A stretch of 64,000 bases of DNA from the NCBI GenBank assembly GCA_965112155.1, contig OZ218102.1. The stretch is one strand, 5' to 3'. Within the stretch, counting starts at the first letter, position 1. The number at the start of each line of letters is the position of its first letter. Of this stretch, positions 25,949 to 36,482 are shown piece by piece. Source of the stretch: Podarcis liolepis (Eukaryota). A program made the position numbers and the translations under genes. The notes below the pieces were generated by a model, which saw nothing but the letters and a program-made list of their open reading frames with translations, made no database searches and was not told the DNA's origin.

Positions 25949-26173
25949 CTGCCTTTGGACTCCACGTTGTTTCTCATCGTTCAGCGCTCACCACACGTCT
26001 TTCATCCGCTATGGATCCCGGTGAGTGCTCCCTTGGTACCCCGTGTATGTGATTCTGGATTACGTTAAGGACTTATCAGCACTCATCTCGCCCGGCAAGG
26101 GCTGCAGACGCGTCGTTCATCCACCTAGTGGATCCCTGGTGAGTGCTCCCAACCCCCCCTTTCTTTTGCCATT

Positions 26174-27181
26174 ATGGGGCAGTCTCTCTCTCCACCACAG
26201 AAAAAGTTTTTTGAAGACCTTAAATCTCTTTTGGCCAGCAACAGCCTTCTTGTCTCAGATGCTGATATCGTGTCTCTTATAGAAGCATTGGATACCCATT
26301 GCCCCTGGTTTTTTCCTCAGGAGGGGAATTGGCATTTAAAAGACTGGGAAAAAATAGGACAATTTTTCCAAAACCATCCTCAGATTGATGTCAACGTTTT
26401 GCATGCCTGCTGTAAGGTTTATAAGGCTATCTCAAGCTTAACTCCTACAAATCTCCTCCTGGCCGCTGCTTCAGCTCCTTTGCCCCCCCTCCCAATCCTC
26501 ATGCTGCCTTCAGAAGCACCGTCTTATCAGCCTCCTAAACAGGCAGACATTTTTTCTCCGGCTCCTGTCCTCCCTCCCCTGCATTCTTCGCATTCCACAC
26601 CCCCCATTTCCACTGCCCTCCAAGAGACTCCTCCTGCTGCTCCTCCGTTGCTTGCCTTTGATTCAGACAGTCCAACTCTCTCAGCCCCCGTCATGCTGAC
26701 CCAAACCGATGTTCTCGATGGGCTGACGGGAGGAGGCAATTTTCTTACCATTGCCCAACAGTTGGCCCTTGATCCTATGTATTGGGCAGCCACCACAGCC
26801 TCAGCCCAAGAGGCTCTGGCCTCTGTCCCTGATGACAGGAATGAGCGTGATGGCCGATGTGGAAGCATCAGACAGGGCCCTGCAAAGCCCTATGGACAAT
26901 TTGTTGATCGCTTGTATAATACCTTCAAGCGGCAAGTTCAGGACCTGGCAGCACAAGAACTGATTGTACGCCAGCTTGCATTTGATCATGCACATGAGGA
27001 CTGTAAGCAAGTGCTGCGCCTTCTAATGGCAACATCAAATATAGCCATTGCTGATATGCTTAAAGCCTGCCAGTCAGTGGGCACTGAGATGCACAAAGCT
27101 CATCTTTTAGCCACAGCCTGGTCCTCCACCGTGTCCCAAAATCCTGCTAAGGATAAAACCTGTTGGATTGACAATGGCTAA
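26174..27181 (+). CDS. gag: Betaretrovirus-like Gag, 335 aa (MA, Pro-rich spacer, partial CA; NC deleted)
   Basis: MGQSLS myristoylation motif, p10-like CPWF..EG.W..KDWEKIG, major homology region IRQGPAKPYGQFVDRL, CA end MLKACQSVG. Confidence 0.92.
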   Translation: MGQSLSPPQKKFFEDLKSLLASNSLLVSDADIVSLIEALDTHCPWFFPQEGNWHLKDWEKIGQFFQNHPQIDVNVLHACCKVYKAISSLTPTNLLLAAASAPLPPLPILMLPSEAPSYQPPKQADIFSPAPVLPPLHSSHSTPPISTALQETPPAAPPLLAFDSDSPTLSAPVMLTQTDVLDGLTGGGNFLTIAQQLALDPMYWAATTASAQEALASVPDDRNERDGRCGSIRQGPAKPYGQFVDRLYNTFKRQVQDLAAQELIVRQLAFDHAHEDCKQVLRLLMATSNIAIADMLKACQSVGTEMHKAHLLATAWSSTVSQNPAKDKTCWIDNG

Positions 27182-27467
27182 GGAAAAAATCCAGCGGACC
27201 TTACCCATTACGTGCCTGGGACACCAGCTGACAGCATCTGCAGTTACGCCTCAACTACAGTTCCCTGATCATTTTAAACTGGTGGATTTACAACAAATTC
27301 TTGGACAGTTGAATTGGATAAAGAGTTATTTGGACCTGCCCACCTCCACTCTGTCTCCACTATTTTCTGCCCTTAAGGGACACAAGAATCCAGCGGACAA
27401 GATCACAACCACCTCTGCAATGGAAGAGGCTCTTCCACAGCTGTTCCAGTGTTTCCTGGCACGCTGA
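27165..27467 (+). pseudogene. pol: pol remnant (end of RT palm plus thumb)
   Basis: GLTMAKEKIQ...DLQQILGQLNWIKSYLDLPTSTLSPLFSALKG resembles the betaretroviral RT thumb; no protease or YxDD. Confidence 0.85.
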
Positions 27468-28620
27468 AAGGCCATCTTCATCACTACTGCATTGGCCCCC
27501 CTTTTCCCTGGGAAGCCACTTCAACCACCAAACATCATTACAGTTTTGCTGCCTCCCAATAGCGACCATCCCATCTGTGTCATCACGCTTCATTGGGCTT
27601 GGACTTTTGACTCAGCAGTACAAGGAGCAATACATCAGACTTATTTACAGCAAATGGGCTCCTGTATCTGCAGAAATGGTTGTGTGACTTCTTCTGGATT
27701 GTGGTTTTTACATGCCAATAATCGAGCCACGAAATATCACACAGGTTGCTTGGAAGTGGCCATTGTACTAATTTACCATTCTCATCCTTATTGACATCAC
27801 TTGGATTTTACCCCCCAGATCTCTTCTTTTTTTCTCCTCCCTCAGGAGTCCTGCCCTATGATGTGTTCCCCTGAGCATGTACAGAGGGCTGTCTTGGAAC
27901 TATTGTGGACTCTTGGCAAGGGAGGGGGTGAAGGGATTTTAGTGTGTTCCAGTTGTTTCATTCTTGTGCTTTGGCATGGTTCCCGGACAGAAAGAAAGTT
28001 GCAATATGGTTCTTTAGCAAGGCCCGCGAATACAATGGGCTCTGTTCTCGACCTTGTTGCAATCTTTTTAGTTACAGCAAGCAGAATTTGCTTGGCTAGT
28101 GCTTTTAGCTGCTGAGAAAAATGATTTTTAAAAGCTTCTCGAAGCTTTGAGCCTTTTTTGGTGGTTGTATTCTAGCTTTCCAGTAAATGCTTCATTTAAG
28201 ATTAGCAATAATATGAAGGACAATCGTATAAGTTTATCACCTGTGTTTTGTTGCTTGCAGAAATAGTGTCTTATTGTTTTCGTTTTAATCATAATAGCAG
28301 TATATTTTTAGGTCATTATCCATATTGTAATTGGACCTATGAGTATGTTAATGGATCTTCTTGTTTTTTTTAATGTTACCACTATGAGTGATAGGCCGAA
28401 AGTCTCAGTTAATAATGTCATAACCTACATGACTTATGACCAACAGGCTGCGTGTATAGATTTTTATGTTTGGTTCAACTGGATGAGAAAGAGCAGTAAA
28501 TCTACATATTTGCTTCAATTTGATTTATGGTTATTCTGTGGCAAATTGGACCGAAGCTTTGTTTTTTAATTCTATCATCTTTGTTTTAAAAATAATTAAC
28601 AAACAAACAAACAAAAAAAG

Positions 28621-29073
28621 TCAGAAATGAGAGAAGTTGCTTTATAAACTTTTTATGCTTTAAATGTAATCCTTGCCTCTAAAGTTGGAATTTATGCCTT
28701 AATTCATTCTCATTGTTGTATGTATATAACTGATCAATCAACCAATATCTCTGCTACTATTGATTATATGGAACAAATGATAGCCCATAATCCTTTGAAT
28801 CCACCTGAAGGTTTTGATCCATGGGATTGGTTATTTTCTTGGTTACTTAATGGATTATGGTTAAGAAATTTATTATTGATTGTAATTGCATGTATTGTTG
28901 GTTTTATTATGTATTCAATGCTTGCTTTCTTTAATTCCCAATGTACTGCATGGTGGTTTCGACCACGGCCCACCACAGGGATTACAAGGGGAATTTATGT
29001 TGCAAAATATAAATGCTTAGGTAATGGGATTGCGATTCTGATTAATGGTCCCTCTTTTCCTCTTATAATATAA
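28621..29073 (+). pseudogene. env: env TM remnant, gamma-type
   Basis: SEMREVAL*TFYALNVILASKVGIYALIHSHCCMYITD is a decayed immunosuppressive domain plus CX6CC, followed by WDWLFSWL and a hydrophobic anchor. Confidence 0.8.
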
Positions 29074-29089
29074 ACAAGAAAAGAGGGCA
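29072..29089 (+). other. Polypurine tract
   Basis: AAACAAGAAAAGAGGGCA immediately before the 3' LTR. Confidence 0.85.
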
Positions 29090-29456
29090 TGTGGGAAAAT
29101 GATTGCTTGTACATAAGAGCATGAGCAGAGTTCTTATTATTGCAGAGTGATTTTACAGCACGAGATATTGCTAAGAGCATGATGAGCATGTGAACACCTC
29201 ATGCTAGACTAATGATTGGCTCACGTAGCATAACACTCTCTTTGTCTGTGGGCAAAAGCAAGGTTACATTCCTTTGATTTGGTTACTTTTGAGTACCAGG
29301 CAGAGCAAGCGCAGTGCTGGAGGAGGGAGGATGATTTATTTCTTACTGCACACAATAAACGTTACGGCTGTAGCCAAAGCTTCTTCTTCAAGTCATCTTG
29401 GTGTGAGACTGATTTCTTACTGATTTTCTTACTGATGTCGAGCTGGATTCTCGACA
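29090..29456 (+). repeat. 3' LTR (367 bp)
   Basis: Direct repeat of 25565-25931, followed by TSD AACAGG. Confidence 0.97.
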
Positions 29457-30590
29457 AACAGGCTTTAGCCCTGTAGTGTTTTGTTTGCGTGCATTTACAA
29501 ACCTGTGTGCATAACGCAGGATGAAATCGTTATATCAACCCTTAGTCTATCCAGCTCAAAGGAATATAAAATCAGTTCCCTTCTTACAATACTTGGGACA
29601 CTTGATTCTGAAAGTATCCTAAGAATACTGACTTATGGTTCCAGAGATTGGTAAAGAGTAGGTTTGTTAAACTGGAAACACTGATGAAAATGTAGGCGTA
29701 AACAAGAAATTCTACTGTCGACAAGAATAAATAATGAGAGCAGTACCTAAAACAACAGGCACAGAAAAACAACTGATCTTTCACAAAGGCAAAAGGTTTT
29801 TTCAAAAGTTTTGCAGTTAATTGCATATCATTTTCCTTAAATAATTCTGTGAACAACTATAAAACATCAGAGGCCAAATGGTTTATCTGCATATCTTACG
29901 CCTTTCTGGCTATTTGCTTACATTTCAAATACATTTTCCACACACACTCATGTGCATGTAGAATGCCAAGAAATTCATTATCCTTAGGATTTACACTTAA
30001 GAATCAGTTACGTATCCAAAATAATTCAGTGCTATTCTGCTTGACTGTCAAGGAAAGGCAGGCCTTGCCAAAATAATATACGGCTTGTTAATAAGCGATT
30101 CCCAGGATACAAGAAGAGCATATATTTAGGACTCTACATTCTGCATCAGAAAGATCTGTAATACATTTATTATTGCTTTCAGATGTGACCTTTATTTTCT
30201 GGCAAAGGACCAGTAAGCAAGCAATCTCTATTAATCTAATTCTGTTTATTCAACATAGTGAAATTTCTTTAGGCTGCTGTGGTAACATCATGAGAGATCA
30301 CTGACATTTCTACCCATCTTAGAATCAGTGGATAAAGAGCCTATAGATGGCTACACATTTTGCTATGCTTATCCACGACTATGTAAAAGACTGGTAATTG
30401 GCAAAAGCAGCATAAAATCTTTTAAAAATATCTAACAGCTGGCTTATTTTAGTTGAAATCTAATTAGCAAATAAATAAATACAGTGGGATGCCGCTGAAA
30501 CTTTCTCCTTACATAGTAGCATTATCAGAATACACAGGCACAGTGCAGAAAAGGGGAGTAAAATTGAACAGCGTTGCAACATTAACTGAC

Positions 30591-30716
30591 CATTGCTTTG
30601 CACCAGAGACAGCGCCAGTCTTGCAAGCGCAGTACACTGCCACATGTTTTATCACACACTGTGCATTTGGCACTCACAGGCAGGTTTCCTTCAAGCCACT
30701 GGTGTGGCATTGAAAT
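30591..30716 (-). CDS. DGKD: DGKD exon 7 (C1b)
   Basis: 126 nt, [42 protein letters not shown]. Confidence 0.96.
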
Positions 30717-31091
30717 CTGCAAACAAGCAGAAAATAAATCACTTTCATTATAGGGCCGTTACTAGACTCTATGCCCTCTTTGAAATACCGAGCAACACTC
30801 ACCCTTCCCATTGCTTTATTATTATTAATATTTATTGAATTTGTATACCGCCCTATACCTGGAGGTCTCAGGGCAGCTCACAGAACAAAATCAAAATATA
30901 AAACCACAAAATATATAATCAAAATAAAAACAACAACCCAATAACACCCCCATACTTTAAAAGTAAGTATACATGCTCCTCTCTGAAGTCTCTAGAGAAT
31001 CTAGAAAATCTTAGCAGAAGCAGAGGTGTAAGTGAAATGCCTTCTATATGCCTGTTAACCTTCCCCACATGAGAAATGGCCTCATACATAC

Positions 31092-31198
31092 CCCGTCTTC
31101 ATCCTCAATGATATCCTTCCCAATAGATGCTAGTGTTGTCCATTTGCAGTTATTAGTTGCCCGGACAGCACACCTCTTGTGGGCTTTAAATTTGCAGA
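31092..31198 (-). CDS. DGKD: DGKD exon 6 (C1a end)
   Basis: 107 nt, (V)[35 protein letters not shown]. Confidence 0.96.
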
Positions 31199-31224
31199 CT
31201 AGAAAAGCCAGGAGGAGAGGGAAA

Positions 31225-31262
<38 letters not shown>

Positions 31263-32226
31263 GAAGAGTAGATATGAGGTGAGCTGAGCGAACACTCCAT
31301 TTAAATCTACACGAAACCCAGTGTTACAAAACCCATTTCTTTTCTTCTGCTTTTAGCATCACTAACCAGTCTAATCTAAACAAGGCATGTACAGGAAATC
31401 TTAAACCTGTTCTAATTAGGAATTAATTATCCTCAGGAAACATCACATTATCAAACTACAGATAATTTTATTTGAATCAGACGTATTTTCTGAAAAATAT
31501 TCTAAAACAATCCAGTAGGGAATAGTTATGTTGATGAATTACCTGCAGAGAAAAAATAATTAATGTCATATTTCTAAAAGATTCTTGAATTTAATTGTGG
31601 ACCTTAGATGTATTTCTCTCCCCTTATATCATGTAATACCCTCTAAGGATCTACGTTTATTTAAAAACAGATTACAACACCCAACCTGAGAGAGGTTGCT
31701 GACCACAAAGCCCAACCACAGATATCTTTAGTAGCCAGGTTTCTGCAACACGGAATGAAGATTTGTGAATGTTATATAACATTAACTTAAATGTTAGATG
31801 CAGGGTTTTTTATTACTGATTTTATTGTACTGAACCCTCCTGGAATCTTTTATATATGCTAACAAAGTTCAGATAATTTAAAAAAAAGAAGAAGTTATCT
31901 TTCTCATTCATAAGATTCTTAGCTCCTATAATTTAACAAAAGTTATGAAGTACAATAAACGTAGAATCAAACCTAACCAGTTTTATTTTGTACTGTAGCT
32001 AATCCTGTTTTGGTATAATTTTTCTCAGTCATTGCATAAGCAGGATTTTTAGATCAAGGCCTATTTCATTTGCAAGATGTCAAAGTCTGGCAGGGAACAT
32101 TTCAGGATCATACGGTTATTCCCGTCTTGGAATGGTGACCAACCAATGGGGTGCGAGTCTGACCAATGCCTTCTTGGAAGCCTAACAGCTTTATGTTCCA
32201 AGCACAAAATAATGAAAGGATTTTAC

Positions 32227-32359
32227 CTTCGCAGGAGAGTCCGTGGGACGTGACTCCAGATAGTGCCTCCCGACACACATTGCAGTATGTTGGCCGAGCA
32301 TGCGAACAGGCGTACCAGTTATGCATCCCTGAGAAATGGTCCATACTGTACTGTGTAGA
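32227..32359 (-). CDS. DGKD: DGKD exon 5 (C1a)
   Basis: 133 nt, [44 protein letters not shown]. Confidence 0.96.
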
Positions 32360-32756
32360 CTGAAAATGAATTTATGGTAAACAAATGAAGATGACATCCC
32401 AATGGGACATTGATAGAGATATTAAATTGTGCAAACTATATATTTCTGAGGCAGAATCTACACCTGTATAATCTGTGGAGCATTGTAACCACGGAAGAAC
32501 AGAGGAACAAGAATGCCCTGCTGTATGTGGGGGTGGGGAAATAAGCAACAATCTGAAAAGTACATCAAGGGGTGAAATGGTAAACTTCATCCCACACAGT
32601 ACAAGCACAATGAGAGGAATGTAGTCTGGAGGCTGTAAGAAATGTAAATGAAATGCCCACCAAGCATTTTTGCATAGAACTATGGAGTAAAATCGGCTTG
32701 AAATGGTCTGGATTGGTAATTCAAAATTTTGCCAGCTGCAAGCAAGAAAGAAAGAT

Positions 32757-32942
32757 AATAGAATCATAGAAATGTAGCACTGGAAGGGACCCAAAAGCTA
32801 ATCTAGTCCAACCCCCTGTGATGCAGGAATCGCAGCTGACAGCTAAGTCCACCACCTTCCAAAGCAGTCCAGTCCACTATAGAACAGCTCTTATCATTAG
32901 AAAGTTCTTCCTAATCTTTAGTCGGAATCTCCTTTCTTGCAA
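32757..32942 (-). mobile_element. CR1 LINE 3' fragment
   Basis: ATAGAATCATAGAA tail and CR1 3' end sequence. Confidence 0.75.
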
Positions 32943-33761
32943 ATGGCAGGCATTAGGGCACCAGTCCTGACATGTACTGCAGAGTGGGGCAAAGGCACCT
33001 AACCCCCATATCAAGGTTCTGAAATGGATCAGGTACTCTGCACCTGCAATTTGCTAACTGCATGCATGGAGTCTTGCCTAGTTTTGCCCATATTAATAGT
33101 GAGAAATGGTGTCAATACACAATATTCAAATACTGTATTCTTTCTCATACAGGTTAAACATTTTTACTATCTTAAGTATTTTAAGACCTGAATTCTCATG
33201 GCATTTATCTGCTTGGAGTTTTTTGTATGTGTTTACTGTTTTTTAATTTATGTAAATTTAATTTTTTATGAATGTTTTTGATTTTTATTTATCAATCTAT
33301 ATTTTTTTCCACCGAGGACACTCCAAAAAAACAGCAGCCATTACAAAATCACATCTGTACCTTAGAAGTGGTGGTTTCCAAAATAAAAATAGTACTTTTG
33401 AAGTTCCAACTCTTTATCATAACTGTACTAATCACAGTCCACCTACTTTACTGTTTGTACTCTTGCAAAATTGAAGACATCACTCCACGTAGTACTCACT
33501 TATGGGAAAGTGCAACTTTCTTTCCTGATCTTGGATTACTCATGATGACAAGGCCTGAATGACTAAAGTGAGCAATCACTTTAAATTCAGACAGTTTATA
33601 TACATGTTCTGATGACCACTGACTTCAGAGAATATTTAATTATAACTGCTGAAACAAGCAGCACATATGAACAGTAAACAGTGTATGCGTTGGGGGTGAG
33701 GCTGTCACTGCATTTAAAAATAAAGGGCAGATACACATCTATACCTAACCTATTTCATTAC

Positions 33762-33866
33762 CTCAAAATGTTCACGATTCTGTACAGTCTTCAGTGCTGC
33801 AATCCAGTCCTCCATTTCTTTTCTATTATCTGCACACAAGATGAGTTTCCGACATGGAGTAATGAC
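33762..33866 (-). CDS. DGKD: DGKD exon 4 (PH end)
   Basis: 105 nt, [35 protein letters not shown]. Confidence 0.96.
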
Positions 33867-34237
33867 CTGTAAGGTAAGAGAATAGTCTGGTACTCTTAAC
33901 TCCCTGAGATACTAACAGAAGAGGAGGATAGCAAATAATGACTGTTTCATTCTGACTTAAAGGTTTCTGGAGACAGGAGACTATTTCAACAGATGCAGGA
34001 GAAGGTAGAGAACCAAGCTTTGCAACTGAGCAACAAAAGGGAAATAAAACCTAGGGCCTTTCCAGGTGACCAAAATAAAAAATCTTGTGCCAGAGACCAC
34101 ATCTTCCAAAACACTTTAAAAATGGTTCTCTGTGCTTTGATGCTATGTGGTTTATGGAAATTATGAGCACTGAAGGAGTCTATTCAAGTCTTCCAGATGT
34201 CCTAACTTTGAAACATTATTAAAGTTCTTAACTCTAG

Positions 34238-34375
34238 CACAGATTTCCCCAACCTTGGTTCCCCAGATGTTGTTGGATTACAACTACTATAAACCCTGAC
34301 TACCAACTCTGCAGGCTAAGGATGGTGGGAGTTGTAGTCCAGAAACACCTGGGGAATCAAGGTTGGGAAAAGCTA
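34238..34375. mobile_element. Short palindromic hAT-type MITE
   Basis: TTCCCCAACCTTGGTTCCCCAGATGTT...AAACACCTGGGGAATCAAGGTTGGGAA inverted ends. Confidence 0.65.
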
Positions 34376-36482
34376 CTCTGGGGTAGTTGAACGACTGAAG
34401 AACTTGCCATAGGCACATTATTCTCCTGATGTTTCTTAATCTAAGACAATGCAAGTTGGACATCTTTATTTCATAGTTAAGCTGCATACACACAGTCAAC
34501 CTAGGATATTGAGCCAAGTGATATTAAGAGCTCTAACAACAGATTTATTTTGATTTGTTCTAAAATCTACCCATCAGTAATGCCACTATGGGTTTTTTGT
34601 TCTCATATAATGAATGGGAAAGCATTAAAACAAGGCTCTGGTTAGATTAGAGATTGTGCAAAATGTCCAGACTCCTAACTGCAAACAAATCCTTCAAAAA
34701 GCCAATGAGAGAGTTCTTGTGAACTTTCTCTACACACTTTATTGTTGGTAGCATTCATACCCTGCTCAGAAGTTTATTTCAATATTTTACAAAATTAAAT
34801 GTCTTTTCTACCCAATATGAAAATGACAAGTTCTAAACGGCAGTTTTATATACACTGAAAGCTGAAGCTTTCTAGCTCTTGGGTATGACTGCTGTTGTAC
34901 CAAATGCCTAAATTTATAGGTCTGCGATGCTATGCAATTAAAAGTCCCTGCTGTTATGTGGGACAAATTGTCCAGTGTGGCCTAAGGAAGCATGGCTAGT
35001 TGGAGAATTAGTTGGAGAGGATGCCTTTTGTCTAATATGTACTCACAACATTCCCAGCTGTCCTGTGTCTTTTGTCCCATTCCTCCCCCAAGTGCCCAAA
35101 GCTTTCCCAGCCATTCCGAAGACAATTGGAGGCTTGTAATTAGCTGAAGTAGAGGTGCCTATTACACTTTCAGCTAAAACAGATTTAAACTAACAAACAA
35201 TCAAAGAGGGGAAACTGTAATTGTGTAGACCTAACTAAAAACAGCAAAATTAACAGAGTAACTGAATTATCAGGAACACTAAAACAATACAATTAATTAA
35301 CACCAACTATTATTGATACTACAGGAGGCTTCATATCGCAGGGAAACCATATACAAAAATACATTTTAAAAAAGAAAAAAAATGTATTGAGGATATGGTA
35401 TTAAGTCTGCAGGCAAAGTAAGTGATCTACTACTAGCCTATTCTTCCTCCAGTGAGATATACTGGTCCTTTATAGGGTAGGGAAACACAAAAATGTAACA
35501 GTCCCCATATTAGCTGACTTGAGTTTAGTTTTATAAAGCACATTAGGTACAAAACCCAAAAGAACCTAAACAGAATCGTGTGACCTAGTGGCTGGAGGAG
35601 TATGCACTGTACCCCTCAAACCAGAAGTGAGCAGACTTCCGGTTTGTGGACTTTTTCCTTTATTTTTGCCACATGAACCAGGATCCACAAAATGCCAATC
35701 AAAGTTACCTGATCACAATGCAGCAAACCAAATCCACATCTCTGTTAATACAGATTAGGAAAGCCACACAAAACTTGGTCATAGGCAAACAAGTAACAAG
35801 TAAGACTATCATTTCATAGGTGCAGATCACTAACACTGAGAGATAAATGTTAAATCAAAGCCAAGAGCTTAATCCATGGCAGCAGCCACCCCTCTCGCCA
35901 TTTATTTTTTCCCCAGCAGCATTTTAAGTCAGCACTCTTATTTATAACTTAACAAAATAAAAACTGTTTATAATATCATGCAAAAAATATTTAGTATTAT
36001 GGACATGTTTCTTATTAAAAATGTGTTGGGTTTGCATGGAATTCTCAGCATCTATGATAGGGCATTATGGGATTAGCAACATCATTTTAGCCAAGTATGT
36101 TGAATGTTACCATGGCTACGAAAGGCAGACTAACACTTTTCACAAACTGAATTAAAGCAGCTACTGTTTCTTTTAGAGCTGTTAATGGGGTAAAGATAAG
36201 ATAAATCATTTGAAGGAGTAGGGTAATAAATGCAAGGAAAGGAGAATACCTCTACCAACATAAGCAAACAACTCCCATACAAAGGGTTACTAGTGCATAT
36301 TGTGAGCCTGCTGCAGTAACATTACATTGAAAACTGAATAGAATGAAGACAAGGGGAAATGGAAATATGCTAAACCACAGCCTGGAGAAGAGTAACTCTG
36401 GCCACAAAATGCCATCCACATAAGAACATCAGACCTGCACAATCAGAAAGCAGGATAATGCATACAGAACATATAGAAATAC

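Larger units (their letters stand above)
25565..29456 (+). mobile_element. Endogenous retrovirus, betaretrovirus-like (ERV2), internally deleted provirus, 3892 bp
   Basis: Paired TG..CA LTRs, TSD AACAGG (25559-25564 and 29457-29462), PBS, PPT, and gag, pol and env remnants in the correct order. Confidence 0.97.

Noticed and set aside
27500-28330. Possible RNase H/integrase remnants in the ERV (e.g. LWTLGKGGGEG)
   Set aside because: Too degraded to assign without a profile search; no HHCC or DDE motif seen.
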